DNA of 64,000 nucleotides from Mobula hypostoma (Eukaryota), in contig NC_086108.1 of assembly GCF_963921235.1 (NCBI RefSeq), positions 14,012,001 to 14,076,000 of the forward strand, given 5' to 3'. A program made the position numbers and the translations under genes. Below, one piece after another: positions 12,115-24,554 of this stretch. Under the pieces are notes generated by a model, which saw nothing but the letters and a program-made list of their open reading frames with translations, ran no database searches and had not been told where the DNA came from. The first letter of the stretch is position 1, and the number at the start of each line of letters is the position of its first letter.

Positions 12115-13314
12115 CACAGTGGTCCCCAACCAGCGGGCCGCAAAGCATGTACTACCGGATCGTGAGGAAACGATACGATTTGGCGATATGAGTCAGCTGC
12201 ACCTTTCCTCAATCCCTGTCACGCCCACTGTTGAGCTTGAACGCACGCGAGGTCATTACCCGCGCGTTGTCCATGTCAGCGCGGGAAGAAGATCAACTCC
12301 TCGAGCTTGGAAATGATGGCGCGCTGAAAAGTATGTTTGACATAACATCTCTGCCGGCATTCTGGATCAAAGTCAAGGCTAAGTATCCTGAGATAGCCAC
12401 GAAAACACTGAAAACATTGCTTCCATTTCCAACATATCTCGGCAATGAATGCAACGAGAACTAAACTGCAGAATAGACTGGACATAAGGAACTCCCTTCG
12501 AGTATCGCTGTCTCCCATCACCCCTCAATGGGACCGTCTTGTTGCAGGAAAACAAGCCTAGGGCTCCCACTGATTCAGCGATATTGGTGTGTTGCAATGA
12601 TTTTATATGTTCATACGAGGAAAATATGTGCTGTGTGTTTAATATCCAAACGTTACTTAGAATGTTATGATGCTATTGACTTATAAGTGACTTATATAAC
12701 CATATAACAATTACAGCACAGAAACAGGCCATCTCGGCCCTTCTAGTCCGTGCCGAACGCTGCTCTCACCTAGTCCCACCGACCTGCACTCAGCCCATAA
12801 CCCTCCATTCCTTTCCTGTCCATATACCTATCCAATTTTTCTTTAAATGACAATATCGAACCTGCCTCTACCACTTCTACTGGAAGTTCATTCAACATTT
12901 ACTTCAAGCTCCCCTGTCCTCCCCTGATAATTGACTTATCACTATATTCAGACGAGGAAAATATGCGCTGTGTGTTTAATATTAAATTCGTTAGATAACC
13001 CCTTTTAGCAACAAAATTGAGTGTATTAGCCACTTATCACCTATATTACGGTCGTGATTAACACTCCCCCCCCAAACAGAATCACCAAAAACGATTTGTA
13101 GAAAAAAATTGGCACCTACATGCATGCACACACAGGTGCTTGCGCAAGGCTTTATGGTCATGGTAGTCTTTCTCGAGGTAAACACAACGTATTCGACTGC
13201 TACTCTTGTCCTTTGGCAACCCTACTCCCCCCCCCACCGCCCCGGTTGGCCAGTCCGCAAGAATATTGTCAATATTAAACCGGTCCGCAGTGCAAAAAAG
13301 GTTGGGGATCCCTG
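12115..13314 (+). mobile_element. Internally deleted hAT (Buster/Charlie-type) DNA transposon
   Basis: TIRs CAGTGGTCCCCAACC (12117-12131) and GGTTGGGGATCCCTG (13300-13314). 8-bp TSD CTTTAGGT/CTTTAGGA with a central TA. hATC dimerisation relic EEDQLLEL..SLPAFWIKVKAKYPEIATKTLKTLLPFPTYL..RTKLQNRLD. A CR1 3' fragment lies inside at ~12697-12897. Confidence 0.9.
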
Positions 13315-14329
13315 CTTTAGGATACTACGAGAGTTGGGGGAAGAGATTGCTGTGCATTTGGCAATGGTCTTTGGATCCTCACTGGCCACTGGAGTAGTAC
13401 CAAATGATTGGAAGGTGGCAAATGTTATTCATTTGTTCAAGAAAGGGAGTTGGGATAATCCTGGGATTATAGACCAATGAGTCTCACTTTAGGAATGGGC
13501 AAATTTTTGGAGAAGATTCTTAGAGACATGATTGACAAGCATTTGGAGAAGTATAGTCTGATTAGAGATAGTCTGCATGATTTTGTGAGGGGTAGGACAT
13601 GCTTCACGAGCCCAATTGAATTCTTTGTGGACCTAACAAAGGTAAAGTGGTGGATGTGGTGTATCTAGATTTCAGTAAGACATTTTTAAGGTTACCCATT
13701 GTAGATTCATTCAGAAAGTCAGGAGGCATGGCATCCAGGGAAACTTCACTGTGTGGATTCAGAATTGACTTGTCCATAGAAGAGAGAGCATAGTAGTAGA
13801 TGGAGTGTATTCTGCCTGGAGATCAGTGACCAGTGGTGATCCACATGGATCTGTTCTGGGATCTCTGCCTTCACAATTTGTATAAATGGCTTGGATGAGG
13901 AAGAGTGGGTTAGTAATCTTGAAGATGACACGACGGTTGGTGGAGTTGTAAATAGTGTAGAGAGTTGTAGATTGCAGAAGGACATTGACAGAATGCAGAG
14001 GTGGGCTGAGAAGTGACAGATGGAGTTCAATCCAGAAAGGTGTGAAGTGATATTGCAGGCAGAATACAGGTTAATGGCAGGATTCTTGGCAGTGTGAAGG
14101 AACAGAGGGATGTTGGGGTCCATGTCCATTGATTCCTCGAAGTTGGTAGGATGATTAAGAAGGTGTATGGTGTGTTGGCCTTCATTTTTGTTGGGGGATT
14201 GAGTTCAAGAGCCACAAGGTAATGTTGCAGCTCTACAAGACTGGCTAGACCACACTTGAAATATTGCACTCAGTCTGGTCACGTCATTATATAAAAAATG
14301 TGAAAGCTTTAGAGAGGGTGCAGTGAAGA

Positions 14330-14810
14330 TGCGTCTACTTCATTAGGAGCTTGAGGTGATTTGGTATGTCACCAAAGTGCCTTTCAAATTTCTATAGATA
14401 TATGGTGGACGGCATTCATCACAGCTTGGTATGGAGGCTCCATTGTATCGAATCATAAGAGGGTGCAGAGGGTTGTAGACTCAGCCAGCTGCATCACAGA
14501 CACAACCCTCCCCACCATTGAGGCCATCTTCAGCAGGCAATGCCTCAATCCTGGACATGCCCACTTCCCATTATTACCATGAAGGAAGAGGTAAGGGAGT
14601 CTGACGACCCACGCTCAGTGATTCAGGGACAGCTTCTTCCCTTCATCATCAAATTTCTGAATGGTCCATGAGCACTACTTCACTATTCCTTATTTTTGTG
14701 CTGTTTACCTATTTGTAATTAATACCAATTTTATGGCTTAGCACTACACTGATACCACAAAATAACAGATTTCACATTATCTAAGACAGTGATAATACAT
14801 CTGACTCTGA
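14330..14810 (+). mobile_element. Rex1/Babar LINE 3' fragment
   Basis: YFIRSLR*FGMSP..ITAWYGG..KRVQRVVDSASCIT..PGHAHFPLLP, followed by the Rex1-type 3' UTR. Confidence 0.75.
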
Positions 14811-16089
14811 GGCCTTGGAAAGGAATGAAGGTGGTATATGAGAGTGTCACCAGTGATAGGAAACACAGGGAATAAACTGGATTTGGTTTCCTTTGAGCCT
14901 GAGCAGAGACGATGGGTCGAAGGGTAAACATTTTGAGACAAGGTTCTGTGCAGCCACCAAAGAAGAAGTCTGTATTTCTGAAAGGTTTCTGTGAAAGAAA
15001 TTAAGTGTATTGTATGGAAGTATTTTCCTGGCAAGCATTGAATTCAGATCCATTTTTTTTAATTGTGTCAAATTGTCATTACGTCCGATGCAACCTCTGA
15101 GTTCAGTCAACATAATCTGCTCTGTATAAATTGTTCTCACTCACCCAGCCATTATGATTCATTTTGCATCACATTCGAAGCTAAAAATAACCACCACTGC
15201 TGTGATGACAACTGCTGACTCTCCTGCTGTTCACTTCAGTTTTACATATAAATGCTGTGGCCTCATAAGGTCCAACATGCCTCATCACCCCACCTTCCCT
15301 CTCCCTCTGCCATGAAGACCCCATCTTTCCAGACCTGTCTCACTCCCTTGCACCATGCACATATTCCCTCTCACAATTGTTGAGGATGACATGGTGCAAA
15401 ACATAATTCAATGCACACATCCTCTCAGTAGAGACCTATACCTCCTAACCACATTCTATGCTCTAAATCATGAAACTAGAGATGTTACACCGCTGTATTG
15501 GTTAACGTTCTGCACATAGTTAACTGCAAAAATAAAAGACTGAATAAATCTTGCATTATGTTGATAATTGGTTGATACAGAACACAGAGGTAAAGGAATC
15601 CCCACTGAGTGGCAGCAAATCAAAACAAACTTCAGCTTTGTGTATGACACATGTAGATGTCTTAGATGAAGATAGTGTTTTATACCTAATTCTGGACTTT
15701 TTTTGTTGGAGATACATTAACTGTGTGGATACAAGACAGAGAAATGAGTTTAAGACTAAATGCTTGACCACAGTTGGGGGTTTTAAGGAACACATTCAAA
15801 TAGAAAGGCAGAGAGAATTTGAGCCAAGCAGGGTCTTTGCAAGAGAGAGTTTGAGACACCACGAGGAGGAAGCATAGAGGCCAGTGGAAGGTTTATGGAG
15901 ACTTTAGGTGTGTAAGAGACCAAGTGTGAAAAAAAAAGAGATGTTTCAAGGATCTCCGAAATTGTAGATCTTGTAGAAAGCAAAAGAGTTGAATTGATGA
16001 AGGGGGCGTAAAAATGGAATTTAAATTAGGAATTTAAATTCATGAAGGGGGCTACAAAAGGGAATTTAAATTAAGAATTTCAATTTTGG

Positions 16090-16810
16090 GGAATCTGTGC
16101 AAATATGAGGTGGTGTACTTTGGAGATCAAATGTAAAGGGAAGGTACTTAATTAATGCCATTGATGTTCTGATGGTTCATGGCACCTAAGTTCATAGCTC
16201 CCTGAAAGAGGCTTCTCAAGTCAGTTGGGTGGTAAAGAAGGCATATGGCACTGAGTTCAAGAAAGTCATGTTGCAGCTTTCAAAAACTCTAGTTAGGTCA
16301 CATCAGGAGTATTGCAGCCAATTCTGGTCACCACATTATAGGAAGGATGTGGAGCCTTTGGGTGCAGAAGTGGTTTATCAAAATGCTTCTTGGATTAGAG
16401 GGCATGTGCTACAAAGAGAGATTGGACAAAGCTGGATTGTATTCTCTTGTAATTGAAGGGAGACCTGACAGAAATTTATAGGTAAAATAGCTAGCCAGTA
16501 CCCTTTTCTCAAGATGAAGTGTCTAACTCCAAAAAGTATGCATTTGAATTGGAAGGAGAAAGTTCAAAGGAAATGTGTGAGGCAAGTTTTTTTTCATGTA
16601 GTGAGTGGTGGGTGCCTGGAAGGAGTGATATTAGAGGCAGAAGTGGTGACTGTGATTAAGAGCCCCTTGGAGAGCCAAGTGAATTTACAGAGAATGGAGG
16701 GACGGGGATTATGTGCAGCCAGAAGGGATTAGGTGCCTTTAGTTTAATTTGCTTGGCATTACATGGTAGGTTTAAGCACCTATTTCTGTGCTGTGCTGTT
16801 CTGTGTTCAA
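16090..16810 (+). mobile_element. CR1 3' fragment
   Basis: VVKKAYG..VMLQLSKTLVRSHQEYCSQFWSPHYRKDVE, ending in a GTGCTGTTCTGTGTTC tail. Confidence 0.8.
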
Positions 16811-16999
16811 ATTAAAGCTCTATTTACAGAGGACTCAACAGGAAACAATGTAGACCAACCAACCCAGAGCTATGAGTGAACAGGGTGGTGTGAGGAGTTT
16901 GGTTGAACTTGATATGAACGAATGGTAGACGAGCTCACTCCTTGAAACAGTCTGTCTTTATGTACTCTATCAACTCCTTAAGATCTTCATGTACATCAA

Positions 17000-18180
17000 T
17001 TCAAAGTAAATTTTATTATCAAAGTACAGATATGAAGAAGGATTGAGTGCTTTCCCAGCATATATGACGAATAAACTCTTCTTGGGCATCCAGCCAGGAA
17101 AAGTGAAATTCGATTGTAAACAAAGTGGGGCAGCGGAAACCTGATTTTATGAGGACTAATCAATCAGGAGGGATGGACGACAAAAGTATGTATACCACTG
17201 AACTAGATATGCCCAGACATCATCCCTGATGAACATGGCAGAGTTTGTCATCAAAATGTTGGCTAAAATCGATACCTATACCTGTGTGGAACCTAGAGAA
17301 GAGTTTATTCGTCAAAGTACACATATATCACCATATACAACTCTGAGATTCATTTTCTTGTGGGCATACTCAGCAAATCTATAGAATAGTAATTATAACA
17401 GGATGAATGAAAGATCAACCAGAGTGCAGAAGACAACAAACAGTGCAAATGCAAAAACAAGTAAACAGCAATAAATAATATGAAAATGAGATAATAAGAT
17501 AAAGAATCCTTAAAGTGAGATCATTGGCTGTGGGAACATTTCAATGATGAGGCAAGTGAGTGTAGTTATCCTATTTTATTCAAGAGCCTGATGGTTAAAG
17601 GTTAGTAACTGTTCTTGAACCTGGTGGGGATCTCTGATGATGGGTGACAGCATTTCATATAGGTGTGTTCAATGATTGGGAGGGTTTTACCCATGATGTA
17701 CTGGGCCAAATCCACTACCTTTTGCAGGATTTTCCATTCAAAGGCATTGGTGTTTCCATACCAGGACATGACGCACTGAGTCAATATACTCTCCACTACT
17801 CATCTATAGAACTTTGTTGAAGTTTTAGATATCATGCTGAATCTCCACAGGCTCCGAAGGAAGTAGAGGTGCTGGCATGCTTTCTTCGCAATTGCAATTT
17901 CGTGTTGGCTCCTGGACAGATCCTCTGAAGTAGTAACACTCAGTGATTTAAAGTTGCTAACCCTCTCCATCTCTGATCCTCCAATGAGGACCGGCTCATG
18001 GACCTCTGGTTTCCCTCTCCAGAAGTCCACAATCAATTTCTTGGTCTTGCTGACATCGGGTGAGAGGTTGTTGTTATGGCACCACTCGGCTAAATTTTCA
18101 ATCTCCTTCCTGTATACTGATTCATCACCACCTTTGATTCAGCCCACAACCGTGGTGTCATCAGCAAACTTGTATAAGGT
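17000..18180 (-). mobile_element. Rex1/Babar LINE 3' part, interrupted by a PLE-derived insert
   Basis: YKFADDTTVVG, MIVDFWRGKPEVHEPVLIGGSEMERVSNFK and ESILTQCVMSWYG. Confidence 0.85.
17031..17314 (+). mobile_element. Second PLE family: short element with terminal inverted repeats and a decayed hammerhead
   Basis: Perfect 18-bp inverted repeat TGACGAATAAACTCTTCT (17065-17082) / AGAAGAGTTTATTCGTCA (17297-17314). CTGATGA-ACATGGCAGAGTTTGTCATC-AAAATGTTGG lies at 17226-17262. AAAGTACA flanks both sides. Confidence 0.6.
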
Positions 18181-18394
18181 ACAATTGTACATGATCCTTG
18201 AATTCCTCATAAATAAAGTTTCCAGTCTTGAGGGGATGAAGCAAAGAATATTGAAAGTCTTAACAAGTGTAGCATCTGAGGACAAAGCGCTTCCTCTGTT
18301 TCTGTTTCTGTCTGATCTGCCCATCATCTACACTTCCTGCCTCTCTTTCCATTGCCCTCTCTTGATGCAGTCTCCACTTCACCCTATCCCCCTT

Positions 18395-19170
18395 CAGAGT
18401 CACAGAGTCGTACATAATGGAAATATGTCAATCAAACTGTTTACCTAAGCTAGTCCTATTTTGCCCATTTAAATCTTTCCTAACCAAATGTCCTTTAATC
18501 ATAATGGTACCTAGCTCTACCACTTCCTCTGGAAGCTCATTCCATATGCTCATCATACATTTGCCTCTCACCCCCTCTTTTAAATCTTTCCCTTCTGAAC
18601 TTAAACCTATATCCTCTTTTATTAGGCTCCCTTATCCTAGAAAAAAGACAATGACCATTCATTTTATCTATGCCCCTCATGATTTTATAAAACTTTGAAC
18701 AGTGACTACTCAATTTTGTTCCTGGGAAAAGAACCCTAGCTATCTAGTCTCTCCTTAGAACCTGACCCTCAAGTCCCAGCACCATCTTCTGCACTCTCTC
18801 TAGTTCAATCCTACCCTTTCTATAGCATGTTGAGCAGAACTACACATGCTATTCCAGGTGGAGTCTCACCATGAACAGGTGTAACATTGCATCCTTACTT
18901 TTGTTCTCAGTGTCCCATCCAATGAAGACAAGCATGCCATATACCTTCTTTATCATCTTGTCCACCTCTGTCTCCAGCAAACTATGTACCTGTATCCCTT
19001 GGTCTGTCTGATCAATGACACCCTTCTGGGCTCTGTCATTCACAGTGTATGGTTTAATATTACAAAATACATCACTTTCCACTTGTTCAAGTGAAATTCC
19101 ATCGCCATTCTCTTGCCCACTTTCCCAGTTATGTAGATTCTGTTGTAATCATTGACAACCTTCTTCAAAT
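18395..19170 (-). mobile_element. Old CR1 3' fragment
   Basis: YTVNDRAQKGVIDQTDQGIQVHSLL..VDKMIKKVYGMLVFI..MVRLHLE. Confidence 0.75.
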
Positions 19171-19764
19171 TGCCCTTGCCGCATCTCCCTCAATTCTCCC
19201 ACAGCCCAAACTCCCTTCTCCTCAGTCTTTTACCTCCCCTTCCAACTCCTCCCCTTGCTACATCCTCTCCCCCGGCCTCTTACTTTGAATTGTTCTCATT
19301 CACCCCATATCCACAACATGTCTCCCCTGAAATGAAAAGCCAGAGGAGTGGCAGAGGTCTTCAAATGATAAAAAGGTGCAGTGAGATAATGAGAATATGG
19401 ATACTGATATTTATCATCTCAATGAATGAACAAATTCAGGAAAAGCATCAGTATGTAGAGGAGTGAGAACGTGACATTGGTCCCCAAGGGAACGCTTAAG
19501 TGGAGAGGGAAGATGCATTCAGGAGGAAACTGTGCAAATAGGTGAGGGAGGAAAGAACACAAGGGCAAGGGCAAAGAAGGAAGTGTGGAGTGAGGTATGA
19601 GTGGAGGGTGACTCCCTCTCACACTGCTCCTGTGTTTTCTTTAGCTATAGGAAAGGAAGGTAGATCATGTGCTTCCTTCTGCTGGTGAATAGCAGCAAGA
19701 AGTTATTAGTATAAATTGGCACAACACAGTGCACCAAATGGCCTGTGCAGTGCTGTGTTTTATG

Positions 19765-21920
19765 ATCTGAGCGATGTGATCAACATGCATGAAACAGCAC
19801 ACCCTGGTGCCTTCACCATCACTTTGGGGGATTTTAACCAGGCCAGCTTGAAAAAGTCACTAAATAATTATTATCAACAAATCACTTGTCGTACCAGTGG
19901 AAGCAATACTGTTACACCGCCATTAAGAATGCCTACTGTGCTATTCCGTTCCGTGCCCACGTTTCGGGGAGTCTGATCACCTGACTCTGCTATAGGCAGA
20001 GACTGAAGACTGCAGCACCAGTAGTGAGGATCAAGAAGGTATGGACAAGGTAAGCACGGGAGCGCATACAGGACTGCTTTGAATCAGTAGACTGGACTGT
20101 ACTCAGGGAATCATCTTCAAATCTGGATGAGTGTGTGCCTACGAAAACTTGCTGTACATTCCCAACCCAAAAGCCATGGATGAGCCAGGAGGTATTTAAA
20201 TCTGGCGACCCAGGTCTGTACAAGAAGACCAGGTATGACCGACAGAGGGCTATTTCAAGAGCAATTCCGAGCGAGGTTGGCATTAGAGGTGACATTAGAT
20301 ACACATCAACACTGGCAGGGTTTGTAGGACATTACTTCCTACAAAGCAAAACCCAATAGCATGAATGGCAGCAATGCTTCACTACTAGATGAGCTCAGTG
20401 TCCTCTATGCCCACTTTGAAAGGGAAAATATAACTACATCTGTGAAGATCCCTGTTGCATCTGGTGACCCTGTGATCTCCATCTCGGAGGCTGATGTCAG
20501 GTTCTCTTTCTGGAGGGTGAACCATTGCAACGCGGCAAGCCTCAATGGAGCACCTAGTAAAGTTCTGTAAACTTGTGCCGACCAACTGGCAGGAGTAATC
20601 AAGGACATTTTCAACCTCTCACTGCTACGGTCGGAAGTTCCCACCTGCTTCAAAAGAGCAACAATTATACCAGTGCCCAAGAAGAGTAGTGTGAGCTGTC
20701 TTAATGACTATCATCCAGTAGCACTCACATCTACAGTGATGAAATACTTTGAGAAGTTGGTCATGGCTAGAATCAACTTCTGCCTAGCAAAGATCTGGAC
20801 TGCAGTTTGCCTATTGCCACAATAGGTCTACAACAGACACAATCTCAATGGCTCTTCACATGGCCTTAGATCACCTGGACAGTAAAAATATTTATGTCAG
20901 GATGCTGTTCATTGACTATTGCTCAGCGTTTTACACCATCACTCCTACAGTCCGTAGATAAGTTACAGAACCTGGGCCTCTGTACCTCCCTCTGCAATTG
21001 GATCCTCGACTTCTTAACGGGAAGTCCACAATCTGTGCAGATTGGTGATAACATATCCTCCTCGCAGACGATCAACACTGGCACACCTCAGGGGTATGTG
21101 CATAGCCCACTGCTCTACTCCCTCTATACCTATGATTGTGTGGCTGGGCATAGCTCAGGTGCCATCTATAAATTTGCTCATAATAGAATTATTGTTGGTA
21201 GAATCTCAGATGGAAAACAGAGGACATACAGGAGCGAGATATACTGGCTAGTTGTCGCAGCAACAACCTTGTTCTCAACGTCAATAAGACGAAGGAGCTG
21301 ATTGTGCACTTCAAATAAGTTAAGACAAGGGAACACAAACCAATCCTCACAGAGGGATCAGAGGTGGAGAGAGTGAGCAATTCCAAGTTCCTGGGTATCA
21401 AGATCTCTGAGGATCTAATCTGGCACCAACATATTGATACAAAGACAGTGTCTATATTTCATTAGAAGTTTGAAGAGATTTGCTTTCTCACCTAAAACAC
21501 TCAAAAACGTTGATAAACGTACCATGGAGAGCATTCTGACGGGCTGCATCACTGTCTGGTATGAGTGGGGGGGGGGGTGCTACTACTGCACAGGACTGAA
21601 AGAAGCTACAGAAAGTTGTAAAATTAGTCAGCTCCATCTTGGGTACTAGCCTCTTTAGTAGCCAAGAAGTCTTCAGGGAGAGGTGAGAGGTGCCTCAGAA
21701 AGGCGACGTCCATTATTAAGGACCCCATCACCCAGGACATGCCCTCTTCTCATTGTTACTGTCAGGAAGGAAGTACAGAAGCCTGAAGGCACACACTCAG
21801 TGATTCAGGAACAGCTTCTTCCCCTCTGCCATCCAATTCTTAAATAGAATTGAACCCATGAATACCACCTCAAATTTCATGACACTTGCCGGTGATAATA
21901 AACCTGGTTCTGACTCTGAT
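19765..21920 (+). mobile_element. Rex1/Babar LINE (EN end, RT, 3' UTR), frameshifted
   Basis: [78 protein letters not shown] and ESILTGCITVWY, with tail AATAAACCTGGTTCTGACTCTGA. Confidence 0.9.
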
Positions 21921-22261
21921 TCGATACTATGAGCCTGAACCTACATCAAACTGCTGATGGCTTTCCTGTCTGCTACCAGCATCTACCACAATTCTCCAAC
22001 AGTAGTACTCTCTACTACCAATCCCTCTCCATGAACCATTCTGCTCCCAGTCTATATCAGTGATCCTGACTGCTACATGGCTCCTACCATGTTCTTGTCC
22101 ATGACTACTGTACTTTAATGGTCCTGTCCATTATCACTGTCTGCCAGTAACTTTATTATCACACAATTAGTGTCCTGGTGCCCTAACTGTTGTTCTCAGC
22201 TCCCCTGTCAGTGTTAAGGAACAACCGTGGATATGTGGTGACTTAATTTGCAAGGTTCTAT

Positions 22262-22556
22262 ACTGAACCGTGCACGATGGCGTGGAAAGTTGCCTTTGAT
22301 AATGACGATGTCGGCTCAGACCTGAGAGGCCAGCATCGGGCATTTTCATGCCTTACAAGGCGCAGTTCGAAAGGCTGTGTGGGGCGCCAGTCCTCGCACA
22401 GACATTTCACAGTATTATTTTACGAGGCCGAGTTGCGAGCTCGACATCAACCCGACACGGATGGAGAGAACGCTCAGGGGCGGTCTGTCACTGGATCGAA
22501 CTCAGGAACCCCCGTTCTTGAGCCCGGTGCTAATTTCACTGCACCACCAGCTGACC
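22262..22556 (-). mobile_element. tRNA-derived SINE
   Basis: The minus-strand head GGTCAGCTGGTGGTGCAGTGAAATTAGC...GAGTTCGATCC has an A-box-like motif (22536-22547) and a B box (22493-22503). The ~295-bp body is CpG-rich and I see no full cloverleaf. Confidence 0.75.
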
Positions 22557-22914
22557 ATAGTTGGGTCAAATTCCATCATGATAGTTTGGTAATTTAATTT
22601 TAGTTCATTAACTTAAAAAGCTTGACTGAGAAGCTGGTGTTGGTAATGGTACTGAGAAGACTCGAGATTGTAGTTAAAACCAATTCAGTTCACAAACATT
22701 CTTTAGGAAGGAAAATTCTGCTTTATTAAGTGAGTCAAAAAAATTACCCTACATATGCATGCAGCAAGACGGCGACAAAATCCAGCGTGAGCTGAGAAGT
22801 GTCTGAGACAGAATCACGGGAAGGTTACAGTGTGGAACGGCAGTGTGTGTCAGAGCAATACCAGTCCTAGGACACTGAGATCACTAGCGACCGGTACCTC
22901 AACTGAACCAGTCA

Positions 22915-23570
22915 CACAGAGTCATGGAATATAACTCAATACCAGGCCTTTCAGTCCAACTAGTCCATGCTTACCACAGTGCCCACTCAGCTAGTCCCAA
23001 TATCCTACATTCAGCCCATATCCTTCAAGCTCCATCCCTCCATGTACCTATCCAAATACTTCTTAAGTGATACTATTGAACCTGCCTTAACCACTTCCTC
23101 TGGCAGCTCCATATACTCATCACCTGTGTAAAAAAGTTGTCCTCAGGTCCCATTTAAAACTTTCCCTTTTCACCTTGAACCTATGACCCCAGTTTTGGAC
23201 TCCCATGCCTTGCGAAAAGAGTGACCTTATCTTTGCCGCTCAGAATTTTCAACACTTCCAGAAGGTTGCCTCTCATTCTCCTACCTTCCAAGGAAAAGTG
23301 ACCTCGCCTACATACTGTCTCCCTTTTACTCAGGTCCTCCAGTCCTGGCAACATCCTTGTAAATTTTCTCTGCACTCTTCCAGTTTAACTATGCCTTTCC
23401 TATAACAGACTGTCCAAAACTGTATGCATTAGTCCAAGTATGGCTTCTTCAACAAGATAATATCCTAGCTGTTGTACTCATTACCTCGAATGATGAAAGC
23501 CAGTATGTTAGGCACATTTATGATCACCCTGTCTACCTGTGATACCACTTTCAACAAACTATGCTTTTGT
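22915..23570 (-). mobile_element. CR1 3' fragment
   Basis: MQRKFTRMLPGLEDLS..FSLEGRRMRGNLLEVLKIL. Confidence 0.8.
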
Positions 23571-23639
23571 ATTCATTAAATAAACACCATAGTTACAAGA
23601 TAAGGAGCATGGCTGGGTGTCCTGTGTTCAACAACTCAC

Positions 23640-23965
23640 CTTCGGACACACCAATCTCCATATTGTATCCTCCGACTACACCAATCTCCATACTGTAACC
23701 TCCAGACACACCAATCTCCGTACCGAATCCTGCGGGTACACTAATCTCTGTACCGTATCCTCCGAGTACACCGATCTCCATACCATATCCTCCGAGTACA
23801 CCAATCTCTGTACCATATCCTTCGGGTACACCAATCTCTATACTGCATCCTGCAGGTACATCAATCTCCAGACCGTATCCTCCGAATACACCGATCTCCA
23901 TACCGTATCCTCCAAGTACACCAATCTCTGTACCATATCCTGTGGGTACACCGATCTCCGTACAG
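23640..23965. repeat. 30-bp tandem repeat with ~11 diverged, indel-free units
   Basis: Plus-strand unit approximately CCTCCGAGTACACCAATCTCYRTACCRTAT. The minus strand reads (T/M)EIGVxGGYG repeated 11 times. Confidence 0.95.
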
Positions 23966-24009
23966 TATACGATGCACAATGTAGGGGATTCTGAATGTTC
24001 TCTTACGGC
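23640..24009 (-). CDS. Candidate internal exon encoding a Gly-rich 10-aa repeat (unverified)
   Basis: Acceptor TTCACATGCAG|G at 24010/24009 and consensus donor GAAG|GTGAGT at 23640/23639. The 370-bp frame is open. I recognise no homologue. Confidence 0.25.
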
Positions 24010-24554
24010 CTGCATGTGAAGCTCAGAAGTATAGATAATTGTTTGGATAAAGGAATTTCCTACTGTCCATACTGGCCAAAGTGGAATTAAATTAATCCCA
24101 TTTCCCTGTTTTTAATCTGGAGATTACAGGTCTTCAAGTAATTCAACACCACTCAGGACTTGACTGGCACCTTGCCCAGCATCTAAAACTTTTTTCTGCA
24201 TTACCTGAAATGTGTGTCCCCTACAAAACACACTGGCCAGTTAGGGCAGCAGCCTAGTTCCCCATCACCCTAGTTCCCCGTCACCCTCTATCAAGGAGTC
24301 ACACCTCATATTGTACCTTCCAGCTACAGCAACGTCACCTGAGAAAGCTGATGCGGCTTACAGAAAAATTGATTTTGCTGTTCGTGTGTCTAAAGGGCCA
24401 CCCCATTAGAAGGCAAGAGCCCCCCTTCAATCACTGGAACCAACTGTGACTAGTTGTGCCCATTCCTGAAATTGTGGGACAGTCCAACAGACGTAAACAG
24501 GTCATGACAATGACCCCAGTAAATCTGTAGTGATCTCTACACCGACTCAAACGG

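Larger units (their letters stand above)
9640..14330 (+). mobile_element. Near-full-length decayed CR1 LINE (5' UTR, ORF1 esterase, EN, RT) hosting nested insertions
   Basis: ORF1 SGNH-esterase motif VIGDSIARGADRRFC..CCLTGA (10371-10556). EN start ~11100 (YFNA*SIRNKGDEL). RT LGEEIAVHL..VPNDWKVANVIHLFKKGSWDNPG (13320-13480) onward. Interrupted at ~10855, 11351 and 12115. Confidence 0.85.

Noticed and set aside
22490..22556. Functional tRNA gene
   Set aside because: No convincing acceptor stem or cloverleaf, and it continues into a SINE-like body.
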